Shown here: one piece after another, positions 55,183 through 64,000 of the stretch
Position numbering within the stretch: position 1 is the first letter of the stretch
How the letters are laid out: each line of letters opens with the position of its first letter
NCBI GenBank assembly: GCA_022819505.1
Contig: JAJEHD010000017.1
Span: forward strand, 1,516 to 65,515
Reading direction: 5' to 3'
Source of the DNA: Acidimicrobiia bacterium
GTDB lineage: Bacteria > Actinomycetota > Acidimicrobiia > Acidimicrobiales > Aldehydirespiratoraceae
Length of the DNA stretch: 64,000 bases
Program-made: the position numbers and the translations under genes
The notes under the pieces: generated by a model
Database searches by the model: none
Told to the model about the DNA's origin: nothing
Seen by the model: the letters and a program-made list of their open reading frames with translations, nothing else

Positions 55183-55971
55183 GTGCGAAGCAATCCCATG
55201 AGAGAGCGCTGGGCCGCGGGTGAGGCCGCCCTGGGCGGCTGGCTGGCCATCCCGAGTTCCTTCTCGGCTGAGATAGTGGCCCGCTGCGATCTCGACTACG
55301 TATGCGTCGACACCCAGCACGGGCTCGTCGACTACAGCGACTCGTGGCCGATGCTGCAGGCCGTCAACCTGGGCTCGGCCACGCCGCTGGTGCGGGTGCC
55401 CTGGAACGAGCCGGGCATCATCGGCAAGAGCCTCGACGCCGGCGCCCGCGGGATCATCGTGCCCATGGTCAACACCCGGGCCCAGGCCGAGGCGGCCGTG
55501 GCGGCCTGCCGGTACGCGCCGGAGGGCGGGCGCAGCTACGGCCCGGCCAGGGTGGTGCGCCAGGAGGGCTCCGACTACTACGCCCACGCCAACGCCGACG
55601 TGGCCGTGATCCCGATGATCGAGACCGTCGAGGCGCTGACCAACCTCGACGACATTCTGTCGGTGCCGGGTGTGGACGCCGCCTACGTGGGACCGTCGGA
55701 CCTGTCGGTGAGCCTGGGCCTGCCCCCCGGCAACAACGACGGCGAGGCCGCCTTCGACGAGGCTCTGGCCGCCATCGCGGCCGGCTGCGTGCGCCACGGC
55801 GTGATCGCGGGCTGCCACACCGTGTCGGAACTGTGCCCGCGCCGCATCGAGCAGGGCTTCCGCATGATCACCATCACCTCGGACACCACCGCGCTGGCAC
55901 GGGCCCTGGAGGACGAGCTGCGCCGGGCCCGGGGGCAGGAGCCGGTCGTGCGGTCCGGCTCCATGTACTAG
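55183..55971 (+). CDS. HpcH/HpaI-family aldolase
   Basis: DYVCVDTQHG, VRVPWNEPGIIGKSLDAGARGIIVPMV, VIPMIET. The start may be MRERW at 55198. Confidence 0.75.
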   Translation: MRSNPMRERWAAGEAALGGWLAIPSSFSAEIVARCDLDYVCVDTQHGLVDYSDSWPMLQAVNLGSATPLVRVPWNEPGIIGKSLDAGARGIIVPMVNTRAQAEAAVAACRYAPEGGRSYGPARVVRQEGSDYYAHANADVAVIPMIETVEALTNLDDILSVPGVDAAYVGPSDLSVSLGLPPGNNDGEAAFDEALAAIAAGCVRHGVIAGCHTVSELCPRRIEQGFRMITITSDTTALARALEDELRRARGQEPVVRSGSMY

Positions 55972-55999
55972 CGGCGACTCCGCACCAGTCGGTGCCGGG

Positions 56000-57253
56000 A
56001 TGAAGCTCGGAGACATCGCCAACGAGGCCTTCGCCGGCGGACCCCGACCGCTGGAGGGGGTCCGGGTGCTCGCCGCCGAGCAGATGGCCGCACTGCCCTT
56101 CGCCACGCAGCTCATGGCCCGGCTCGGCGCCGAGGTGGTGAAAGTGGAGAGGCCCGGCGACGGTGAGACGGGTCGCCAGTCGCAGCCCGCCATCACCGAC
56201 CCCGAGGGGCGCTCGGTGGGCGCCACCTTCCTGCGCAACAACCTCAACAAGCGCAGCGTCACGCTGAACCTCAAGGACCCTCGGGGCGTGGAGATCTTCC
56301 TTCGGCTCGCACCCCATTTCGACGTGATATGCGAGAACTTCAAGGCCGGCGGGGCCGACGCACTCGGGATCGGCTACGAGGCGGTCCGGGCCGTGCATCC
56401 CGGCGCGGTGTACCTGTCGGTGTCGGGCTTCGGCAGCGGGCCGGAGTCGCCCTACCGCGACCGGGCTGCCTACGCGTCGATCGTGGAGGCCATGTCGGGG
56501 ATCCTCGAGTACAAGCGGAGACCGGACCATCCCCCTACCGCCAACCCGGTCGGCGCCCTCGGGGACATCTCCGCGGCCCTGTTCGGGGTGATCGGCGTGC
56601 TGGCCGCGCTGCGCCAGCGGGATCGTCCGGGACCCGAATTCGGACTGGGCCAGCACATCGATGTGGCCATGCTCGACGCCACCATCGCCATGACCGACAT
56701 CGTCACGAACTTCTTCTCGATGGGCATTGCCGACGAGGCGGCCGCCGACGTGGGCATCGTCGAGACCTTCGCCGCCGGGCAGGGTCATTTCGTGCTGCAG
56801 GTGGTGCGCGAGCACCACTTCGAGCGCCTGGCCGAGGTCACCGGCAATCCTCAATGGCTCCGTGACAGCCGGCTCGCCTCCCGCGGCGGCTGGGTGATGC
56901 ACCTCGAGGATGTGCTGCGTCCCGGCGTGGAGGGATGGGCCGCCGGCAAGACCAGCACGGAAGCGGTGGCCGCTCTGACCGCGCAGGGACTCGCGGCCGG
57001 CCCGTCCATGACCAGCGCAGAGGTTTGCGCCGACCCGCACGTGGCCGGGCGCAACATGATCGTGGAGATGCCCAGGCCCTACGGCGGGGACCCCGTCTTC
57101 ATCCCGGGGAACCCGATCAAGATGAGCCGCACCGCCGAGGGTCCCGAGACCAGGGTCCCCTGGCTCGGGGAGCACACCGACACCGTGTTGGCGGCGGAGC
57201 TCGGGCTGGGCCCCGACGAGCTGGAGCGGCTCCGGGCCGGCGGTGTGATCTGA
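56000..57253 (+). CDS. Family III CoA-transferase (CaiB/BaiF)
   Basis: LEGVRVLAAEQMAALPFATQLMARLGAEVVKVERP. Confidence 0.8.
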   Translation: MKLGDIANEAFAGGPRPLEGVRVLAAEQMAALPFATQLMARLGAEVVKVERPGDGETGRQSQPAITDPEGRSVGATFLRNNLNKRSVTLNLKDPRGVEIFLRLAPHFDVICENFKAGGADALGIGYEAVRAVHPGAVYLSVSGFGSGPESPYRDRAAYASIVEAMSGILEYKRRPDHPPTANPVGALGDISAALFGVIGVLAALRQRDRPGPEFGLGQHIDVAMLDATIAMTDIVTNFFSMGIADEAAADVGIVETFAAGQGHFVLQVVREHHFERLAEVTGNPQWLRDSRLASRGGWVMHLEDVLRPGVEGWAAGKTSTEAVAALTAQGLAAGPSMTSAEVCADPHVAGRNMIVEMPRPYGGDPVFIPGNPIKMSRTAEGPETRVPWLGEHTDTVLAAELGLGPDELERLRAGGVI

Positions 57254-57314
57254 TCCGCCGGTCGGCGGCCCCCCGGTACGCTGCCTTCTGTCGCAGCCAG
57301 CCGAGGGACCGCCC

Positions 57315-58538
57315 GTGGATTTCGAGTTCTCCGATGAGCACAGGGCATTCGCAGCCGAGGTCGAGGCCTTCCTCAACGCCCACGACGACCCGGACGTGTT
57401 CGACCTGACCAGGGAGAACATGGCTCAGCTGGTGGACACCCCCAAGCGCCGGGCCTTCATGAAGGAGATGGGCCGCAAGGGATGGCTGGGCATCACCTGG
57501 CCCGCGGAGTACGGCGGCAGCGAGGGCGAGGGCGTCTACGAGTACCTGCTCAACGAGGCGCTGGCCGCCCGGGGCGGTCCCCAGATCGGCAAGGGTGTCG
57601 GGATCGTCGGCAAGACCATCATCGCCCACGGCTCCGAGACGCTGAAAGCCGAGTTCCTGCCGATGATCCTCGAGAACGACGTCGAGTTCGCGGTGGGCTA
57701 CTCCGAGCCCGACGCCGGCTCCGACGCGGCCTCCATGCGCTTGAAGGCCGAGCGTCACACCGCCACCGACGGCACCGAGGGTTGGATGCTCAACGGCCAG
57801 AAGATCTGGACGACCTCCGCCCACTTCGCGGAGTGGTACTGGCTGGGCACCCGCACCGACCCCGACAACAAGCACATGGGCATCACCCTCATGCTGGTGC
57901 CGCTGGACCAGCCCGGCATCACCATTGACGCCATCTGGACCATGGGCGACGAGCGCACCAACTCGGTGTTCCTCGACGACGTGTTCGTGCCCGACGACTA
58001 CGTGGTGGGCGAGGTCAACCACGGGTTCCGCTACATCAGCCAGGCCCTCGACCTCGAGCGATTCACGATGTTCACGTTCTCGCCCATCAAGCAGCGCCTC
58101 GACCTGCTCACCGACTGGGTGCAGACCGCAGAGCGCGACGGCGAGCCGGTGCGGGACGATCCCAGGGTGCGGGCCCGGCTGGCCAACCTCCACACCGAGG
58201 CCGAGGTGGCCCGGGTGCTGGGGCTCAAGTTCGTGGCCGAGGCGGTCAAGGTCGAGCAGGCGGTGCGGGAGGGCAAGGAGGGGTTCCAGCCGCCCACGGT
58301 GGCCGCCTCGGAGTACAAGCTCTACGCGACCGAGCTGTCCAAGCGCCTGGCCGACGCGTCGATGGACATCGCCGGTCCTGGGTCGCAGCTGAGGGTGCAC
58401 ACCGAGGACGCCCCAATGAAGGGGCGGGCCGACTCCACGTACCGCTTCACTGTGATCGACACGATCGGCGGGGGCGCATCGGAGATCCAGAAGAACATCA
58501 TCGCCCGCCGGGGACTCGGACTCCCCAAGAACTTCTGA
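57315..58538 (+). CDS. Acyl-CoA dehydrogenase
   Basis: MDFEFSDEHRAF... N-terminus. GWMLNGQKIWTT. C-terminal GGGASEIQKNIIARR. Confidence 0.85.
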   Translation: MDFEFSDEHRAFAAEVEAFLNAHDDPDVFDLTRENMAQLVDTPKRRAFMKEMGRKGWLGITWPAEYGGSEGEGVYEYLLNEALAARGGPQIGKGVGIVGKTIIAHGSETLKAEFLPMILENDVEFAVGYSEPDAGSDAASMRLKAERHTATDGTEGWMLNGQKIWTTSAHFAEWYWLGTRTDPDNKHMGITLMLVPLDQPGITIDAIWTMGDERTNSVFLDDVFVPDDYVVGEVNHGFRYISQALDLERFTMFTFSPIKQRLDLLTDWVQTAERDGEPVRDDPRVRARLANLHTEAEVARVLGLKFVAEAVKVEQAVREGKEGFQPPTVAASEYKLYATELSKRLADASMDIAGPGSQLRVHTEDAPMKGRADSTYRFTVIDTIGGGASEIQKNIIARRGLGLPKNF

Positions 58539-58542
58539 TGGC

Positions 58543-59739
58543 ATGCCGGTGACAGCCGAGGGGTCGCTCACCGCCCGCCCGTGGGCCCTGGAGGGCACAA
58601 CGGTGCTCGACCTGTCCTCGGTCGGGCCCGCGGCCCGGGCCACCCGCCTGCTGGCCGACTACGGCGCTCTGGTAGTAAAGGTGGGTCCCGTGCCCCGTCG
58701 GGCCGGCGTCGCCACTGCTCCCCCTGCCTACGCCTATAGCGGCCACCGGAGCATGAGGCGGGTGTTGCTCGATCTGAAGGCCGGCGGCGGTCGCGACGCC
58801 TTCCTGGACTTGGCCCGCGGCTCCGACGTAGTGGTCGAGAGCTTCCGCCCCGGGGTCGTCGACCGCCTGGGCATCGGTTACCAGGCGGTCCGCGCCGTGA
58901 ACGGGCGCATCGTCTACTGCTCCACCAGCGGCTACGGCCAGACCGGCCCGAGGCGGGACTGGGCCGGGCATGATCTCAACTATCTGGCAGTGTCGGGCTA
59001 CCTGCACTGCAGCGGCCGCGACGCCGACGGCGCTCCCGCTCTGCCCGGTGCCACAGTGGCCGACATCGCCGCGGGCGGTATGCACGCCGCGCTGGCGATC
59101 ATGGCCGCGCTGTTGCGCCGGGAACGCACCGGCTGCGGCGAGCAACTCGACGTCTCGGTGGCGGACGGCGCGCTGGGAATGATGGCGCTGTACGCCGACG
59201 AGCATCTGGCCACCGGAGTCGATCCCGGTCCGGGCCACTACATCCTCACCGGCCGGTACGCCTGCTACGGCGTCTATGCCTGCGCCGACGGCGAGTACTT
59301 GTCGGTGGCCGCAATCGAGCCCGCCTTCTGGGCCAATCTGTGCCGCGCTCTCGGCCTCGACGATTACATCGACGCCCAGACCGACGACGAACGCCAGGAC
59401 GAGGTCAGGGCTGCGCTGACCCGGCGGTTCCTGTCCGCCACCCGCGACAAATGGGTGAACCTTCTCGGCCCAGCCGACTGTTGCGTAGCCCCGGTCAACT
59501 CTGTCGCCGAAACTGTTCAGGACGAGCAGTACCGGTCCCGGAACGCCATCGTGAAGGCTGACCACCCGACGGAGGGTGTGATGGAGCAGGTCGGGCCGGT
59601 GTGGGCCGGAGCCGCACCACCCGAGGACCCGTACTCGCTGCCGGACCTGGCCGCCACCGACACGGCCGAGCTGCTGGCCGAGGCCGGATACGACGAGAGC
59701 CGCCTAGCCGAGCTGACCGCCGCAGGAGTCATCGCATGA
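58543..59739 (+). CDS. Family III CoA-transferase / alpha-methylacyl-CoA-racemase-like
   Basis: LEGTTVLDLSSVGPAARATRLLADYGALVVKV, GHDLNYLA. Confidence 0.75.
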   Translation: MPVTAEGSLTARPWALEGTTVLDLSSVGPAARATRLLADYGALVVKVGPVPRRAGVATAPPAYAYSGHRSMRRVLLDLKAGGGRDAFLDLARGSDVVVESFRPGVVDRLGIGYQAVRAVNGRIVYCSTSGYGQTGPRRDWAGHDLNYLAVSGYLHCSGRDADGAPALPGATVADIAAGGMHAALAIMAALLRRERTGCGEQLDVSVADGALGMMALYADEHLATGVDPGPGHYILTGRYACYGVYACADGEYLSVAAIEPAFWANLCRALGLDDYIDAQTDDERQDEVRAALTRRFLSATRDKWVNLLGPADCCVAPVNSVAETVQDEQYRSRNAIVKADHPTEGVMEQVGPVWAGAAPPEDPYSLPDLAATDTAELLAEAGYDESRLAELTAAGVIA

Positions 59740-60797
59740 CCGGCGAACTGCCTGCCGACGTCGCCGAGCTGATCGGGCGCCCGATGTACCCCGAGGCCGC
59801 GGATTTCCCGGTCGAGATGGGCTACGGCTGGAACACGCTGGCCGCTACCGAGAACGGCAACCCGCTGTACTGGGAGCCGGCCGTGGCCGAGATGCTCGCC
59901 GGCGGGACGATCCTGCCCCTCAGCACGCTGTCGCTGTGGATGCGGCCCCACCGCTGGGCGCCCGGCGCCACCACCGAGCAGGTGGCTCTCCAGGTCCACT
60001 TCGACCTCAAGGACCGGCTGGAGCTGCCCGAGGCCATCATGAGCGACAACACGATCGCGTTCCACGAACCCGTGCGCCCCGGCGACGTGATCAGCCACCA
60101 CCAGGTTCTGCGGTCGGTGAGCGGACCCAAGACGACCCGGCTCGGCTCCGGACGGTTCTGGGCGATCGACGTCGAGTACCACAACCAGGACGGGACGCTG
60201 GTGGGCGTGGAGTCCTACACCGGTTTCGGCTACCGCCGCGACGGAGCCGCCCCGACCGAGCAGCCTCGGGAACCCCGTCCGGCGGAGTCCCCGTCGCCGG
60301 CCGAGGCTTCCGGACCGCGGGCCAAGCCGGACCCCGCCCACGACCAGGTTCGGGTGGGCGACGCCCTGCCCGAGCTAACCCACGACGTGACCGCGACCAC
60401 CGTCGTGCTCGGCGCCCTGGCCAGCCGCGACTGGAGGCCGATGCACCACGACTACCGCTTCGCCACCGAGCGCAACGGCACCCGTGACATCTTCCTCAAC
60501 ACACCCAACCAGCTCGCCTGGATCGAGCGGGCCATCACCGACTGGACCGGCCCAAAGGGCCGCCCGGGCCGGATCTCGTTCCGCATGCACGACCCGGTCT
60601 TCCCCGGCGACAGGATGACCATCGCGGCACGGGTGACCGCAACCCCGATCGACGAGACCGGATGCGGCTGGGCCGAACTCGACCTGGCCGTCCGGGGTGG
60701 GGACCGCACCTGCACCACCGGCACCGCCCGCGTCGCCTTGCCCATTTCATCGGCGGACAACCCGTGGCTTCGTCGCGGCGAGGACTGGCGACCGTGA
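59736..60797 (+). CDS. Double hot-dog (FAS1-like dehydratase N-domain plus MaoC-like C-domain) enoyl-CoA hydratase
   Basis: ATG overlaps the upstream stop (ATGA). The two halves are separated by a P/A/E-rich linker. The C-half has HHDYRFA...IFLNTPNQLAW. Confidence 0.65.
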   Translation: MTGELPADVAELIGRPMYPEAADFPVEMGYGWNTLAATENGNPLYWEPAVAEMLAGGTILPLSTLSLWMRPHRWAPGATTEQVALQVHFDLKDRLELPEAIMSDNTIAFHEPVRPGDVISHHQVLRSVSGPKTTRLGSGRFWAIDVEYHNQDGTLVGVESYTGFGYRRDGAAPTEQPREPRPAESPSPAEASGPRAKPDPAHDQVRVGDALPELTHDVTATTVVLGALASRDWRPMHHDYRFATERNGTRDIFLNTPNQLAWIERAITDWTGPKGRPGRISFRMHDPVFPGDRMTIAARVTATPIDETGCGWAELDLAVRGGDRTCTTGTARVALPISSADNPWLRRGEDWRP

Positions 60798-60840
60798 CGC
60801 CCCCGGATGACCCGATGCCACCGGCTGGACCCGGGAGCGC

Positions 60841-61989
60841 GTGATGCTGGACCTGGACTTCACCCCGGAGCAGGACATGCTGCGCGAGATGGTGAGCGGC
60901 CTGTGCGGCGAGCTCTCGCCTCTGGAGCGGGTGCGCGAGCTCGAGGACGACCCTGACGGCATCGCCCGAGACCTATGGGCCCGTTTCGGGGATCTGGGGA
61001 TGTGCGGACTGATGGTCCCGGAGAGCGCCGGAGGATCAGGGATGAGCCTCCTCGACGGGGTGGTGCTGTATGAGGAGCTGGGCCGCTCGCTGGCGCCGCT
61101 CCCCCACTTCGTGAGTTGCGTGATGGCCGCCGGCGCTATCACCCAGGCCGGTTCGCCGGAGCAACGGGCCGGGCTGCTTGACGGGATCGCTTCGGGCGAC
61201 ACCATCGCCACCGTGGGATGGCTGGAACCGGGCGGGGGCTTCAAGCCCCGCGGCGTGCAGCTAACCGCTCGGCCCAGCGGCGACGGCTTCGTGCTCGACG
61301 GAGCCAAGAACCACGTGCAGTTCGCCGCCGCAGCCGACCTGCTCGTCGTGCTGGCCCGCACCGGGAATGGCGACGCCGACATCGACCTGTTCGTGGTGCC
61401 CGCCAACGCGGGCGGCCTGACGATCGAGCAGCGTATGTCGATCTCCTCGGACACCCAGTACCTGGCCACCTTCGACGGTGTGACCGTCCCGGCCGATACT
61501 TGCCTCGGCGGGCTGGACACCGCACCGGGAGCTGGCTGGGCCGCGTGGGACCGAGCCATGCATGCGGGCGCAATCCTGGCCGCGGCCCAAGCCGTCGGCG
61601 GCGCCTCCTACGCGCTGGAGATCACCGTCGATTACGCCAAGGCCCGGCACCAGTTCGGCAAGGCCCTGGCCGAGTTCCAAGCCATCTCGCACTACCTGGC
61701 CGACGCCCGCACCACCCTCGACGGCGCCCGGCTGCTGGTGTGCGAGGCAGCCTGGGCCCACAGCACCGGCCGTCCCGTGGATCGCCTGGCCCCGATGGCC
61801 AAGCTGTTCGCCTGCCGCACCTACCGGGACATCACCGCCATGTGCCAGCAGGTGTTCGGGGGGATCGGCTTCACTCTGGAGTACGACATCCAGCTCTACT
61901 TCCGGCGGGCCAAGCAGCTCCAGCTCTCCTGGTGGGACACGGCCGCCTGCGAGGACCGCATCGCCGATGCCGTCCTGGGAGCGGCCTAA
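60841..61989 (+). CDS. Acyl-CoA dehydrogenase
   Basis: 382 aa. MLDLDFTPEQDMLREM, and the C-terminal GGIGFTLEYDIQLYFRRAK. Confidence 0.85.
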   Translation: MMLDLDFTPEQDMLREMVSGLCGELSPLERVRELEDDPDGIARDLWARFGDLGMCGLMVPESAGGSGMSLLDGVVLYEELGRSLAPLPHFVSCVMAAGAITQAGSPEQRAGLLDGIASGDTIATVGWLEPGGGFKPRGVQLTARPSGDGFVLDGAKNHVQFAAAADLLVVLARTGNGDADIDLFVVPANAGGLTIEQRMSISSDTQYLATFDGVTVPADTCLGGLDTAPGAGWAAWDRAMHAGAILAAAQAVGGASYALEITVDYAKARHQFGKALAEFQAISHYLADARTTLDGARLLVCEAAWAHSTGRPVDRLAPMAKLFACRTYRDITAMCQQVFGGIGFTLEYDIQLYFRRAKQLQLSWWDTAACEDRIADAVLGAA

Positions 61990-62007
61990 CCGGCCCCGGG
62001 AAACAGC

Positions 62008-63003
62008 GTGATATTCAGCAAATGGCTCACTTCCCGGCGGGTGGACCTGCTGCTGGGGGTGGCGGTGACGGTGGCCGCGGTGACCGGACTGGTGTCCTGG
62101 GGCGTCGGTAGCGGCTGGGCCCGCTGGGTGACGGTCATACACGCCCTGGCCGGACTGAGCCTGCTAGCGCTGGCCCCGGCCAAGCTCAGGGGATCGGTAC
62201 GGACCGGGTTGAAGCGCCGCCGGGTCACCCGGTGGCTGTCGATGCTGCTGGGAGCGCTGGTGGCAGCCACTGTCGTCCTCGGCATCCTGCACGCCACCGG
62301 GCTGTGGCACGGGGTGGGCTACTGGTCTGCGCTGTGGACCCACGTCCTGCTGGCGGCGCTGCTGGCGCCGCTGGTGATCTGGCACATCGCCAGCCGGCCG
62401 GGCCGCCCACGCGTCACCGATCTGGATCGCAGGACCCTGGTCGGCGGAGGGGTCGCGGTGGCGGCCGCGGGCATCGCCTACGGGATCCAGCAACTGGCGG
62501 TGGGCGACAACCGGCGCTTCACCGGCTCCCACGAGATCGCCTCGTTCAACCCGTTGGAGATGCCCACCACGATGTGGCTCAACGACCGGTCCCCCCGGGT
62601 ACCCGCCTCCGAATGGGAGCTGACCGTCGCAGGCAAACCGGTGGCACTGGAGGCTCTGCACGAGAAGACCAGACCGTTGGAGGCTGACCTCGACTGCACC
62701 GGGGGATGGTGGAGCCGCCAGTCCTGGGATGCGGTGCCGCTCGCCGAGTTGATGCCGGAACTGGACCGACCCACCCTGGAGGTCACCTCGCTGACCGGCT
62801 ACAGCCGACTGTTCCCGGCCCGCGACGCGGCCAACCTGTACCTCGCCGTCGGCTACAACGGCGAGCCGTTGCGCCGGGGCCACGGCGCGCCGGTGAGGCT
62901 GGTGGCCCCGGGTCGCCGTGGCTTCTGGTGGGTGAAGTGGGTCAGCCAGGTCAAGGCGATCGACCGTCCGTGGTGGCTCCAGTTGCCGTTCCCGCTGGAG
63001 TAG
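62008..63003 (+). CDS. Membrane-anchored molybdopterin-dependent oxidoreductase (sulfite-oxidase/YedY fold)
   Basis: About 4 N-terminal TM helices, then GYNGEPLRRGHGAPVRLVAPGRRGFWWVKWVSQV. Confidence 0.75.
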   Translation: MIFSKWLTSRRVDLLLGVAVTVAAVTGLVSWGVGSGWARWVTVIHALAGLSLLALAPAKLRGSVRTGLKRRRVTRWLSMLLGALVAATVVLGILHATGLWHGVGYWSALWTHVLLAALLAPLVIWHIASRPGRPRVTDLDRRTLVGGGVAVAAAGIAYGIQQLAVGDNRRFTGSHEIASFNPLEMPTTMWLNDRSPRVPASEWELTVAGKPVALEALHEKTRPLEADLDCTGGWWSRQSWDAVPLAELMPELDRPTLEVTSLTGYSRLFPARDAANLYLAVGYNGEPLRRGHGAPVRLVAPGRRGFWWVKWVSQVKAIDRPWWLQLPFPLE

Positions 63004-64000
63004 GCGCCACCGAGGCGGCTGCGGCCTTCGCGGCCCGCCGGTAGGCGCTCCGCATCGCGGCCACGTCCGCTCCGGAAGCAGGCTCGACATCGTCGCCGGC
63101 GCCCAGGCCCCAGGCTCCGGCGATCTCATCCAAGCGAAGCCCGCAGTGCTGCGCGGCCTGCACGCAGGCTCCGGTGGCCACCGCCTCCTCGGCGTCGGGC
63201 ACCCGTACCGGCGCACCCCAGCAGTCGGCGGCAACCTGGCGGTAAGCGGAGCTGCGCGCCCCTCCCCCGACCAGATGCAGCCGGCCCGCCACCGACGCCC
63301 CCGCGGCCGCCAGCGCCTCGATGCCGTCCAGCAGGGCGCACACCACGCCCTCGTGGGCGGCTCGGGCCAGATCGGCCCGCGCGGTGGAGAAGTCGAGCCC
63401 GTACAACGAACCGGTGGCCTCGGGCAGGTTCGGCGTGCGCTCGCCGTCGAGGTACGGCACCATCACCGCTCCGCCGGCGCCGGGAGGAGATGAGAGCGCG
63501 GCGGCTGCCAGCTCGTCGCGGTCGAGCCCTATCCATCGGGCCACGGCGTCGGTGACCCGGGTGGCGTTGAGCGTGCAGACCAGCGGCAGGAAGCCCCCGG
63601 CTGCGTCGCAGAACCCGGCCACCGCCCCGGTGGGGTCGTGGGTCGGCTCGGAGGACACCGCATAGGCGGTGCCGGAGGTGCCGAGCGACACCGCGATGTC
63701 GCCCGGCCGCAGGCCCATGCCCAGGGCCGCCGCCATATTGTCGCCCGTTCCCGCGCCCACCGGTATGCCCTCCTGCAGCCCGGTGGCGCCCGCCGCGGCC
63801 GGGGTCACGCGGCCGGCGAGAGCGTCAAAGGCGAGCACTTCGGGCAACGCCTCGAACCATTCCAGCCCCGGGCGTCCTCCGACGAGATCGAGCAGATCGG
63901 ACCGGTACCTGCCGACCGCGGTGTCGTACCAACCGGTGCCGGAAGCGTCGCCGCGATCGGTGACGTGGCGGCCGGTCAGCCGCATCGTTAAGTAGTCGTG
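62951..64000 (-). CDS. xylB: FGGY-family carbohydrate kinase (xylulokinase-like), N-terminus outside the window
   Basis: The frame is open to the right edge (HDYLTMRLTG...TDRGDASGTGWYD). C-terminal FGGY blocks (VGGGARS). Confidence 0.7.
   Translation of the reverse strand, partial: HDYLTMRLTGRHVTDRGDASGTGWYDTAVGRYRSDLLDLVGGRPGLEWFEALPEVLAFDALAGRVTPAAAGATGLQEGIPVGAGTGDNMAAALGMGLRPGDIAVSLGTSGTAYAVSSEPTHDPTGAVAGFCDAAGGFLPLVCTLNATRVTDAVARWIGLDRDELAAAALSSPPGAGGAVMVPYLDGERTPNLPEATGSLYGLDFSTARADLARAAHEGVVCALLDGIEALAAAGASVAGRLHLVGGGARSSAYRQVAADCWGAPVRVPDAEEAVATGACVQAAQHCGLRLDEIAGAWGLGAGDDVEPASGADVAAMRSAYRRAAKAAAASVAPTPAGTATGATTDGRSP

Noticed and set aside
1-64000. CRISPR arrays, rRNA genes, tmRNA, retron or DGR reverse transcriptases.
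   Set aside because: I saw no regularly spaced direct repeats, no rRNA-like conserved stretches and no RT motifs (YxDD context) in any listed ORF.

Overview
High-GC chromosomal window. The gene content looks like Actinomycetota, but that taxon call is inference only. All calls come from reading the supplied ORF translations and the raw sequence; no database search was possible. Many ORFs in the supplied track are alternate-frame or antisense artefacts of high GC and are not called.

Layout:
(1) 1-5.2 kb: an ORF open to the left edge that joins a squalene-epoxidase C-terminal region in frame to an oxidosqualene cyclase (DCTAE type). It is followed by a GcvT-fold enzyme and a DUF2855 protein.
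(2) 5.2-9.8 kb: an accessory patch at tRNA-Pro(GGG). It is bounded by partial copies of the tRNA 3' half and carries a Doc/RHH toxin-antitoxin pair, an AT-richer two-gene Kiwa-like cassette (4-TM protein plus DUF4868-like protein), a hydrolase gene fragment and a truncated IS481-type transposase gene.
(3) 9.8-26.6 kb: a housekeeping block (PP2C phosphatase, der, DUF512, pseudokinase-like membrane protein, rsmE-dnaJ-hrcA-lepA, rpsT, holA, comEC, comEA, thioredoxin-TPR protein, F420/LLM oxidoreductase).
(4) 26.7-39.7 kb: a 13-kb composite island at tRNA-Ala(GGC), closed by an 18-nt repeat of the tRNA 3' end. It holds two related tyrosine integrases, three AlpA-type excisionase-like genes, two AbiEi/AbiEii pairs, a third minimal nucleotidyltransferase pair, long C/A-rich non-coding spacers and a tRNA-like relic.
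(5) 39.8-64 kb: catabolic genes. These include an EutA/DoeA/PhyH-like trio, a cupin with a Rieske oxygenase, a flavin-reductase fusion to a MetE-like domain, an SDR, a HisD-like enzyme, an FAD oxidase, three family-III CoA-transferases, two acyl-CoA dehydrogenases, a double-hotdog hydratase, a crotonase, an HpcH aldolase, tpx, a membrane Mo-oxidoreductase and a partial xylulokinase.

Best candidate for something undescribed: the wHTH plus 718-aa cassette at 35.9-38.3 kb. The 718-aa protein matches no family I recognise and carries a C-terminal zinc ribbon plus a PD-(D/E)xK-like motif.
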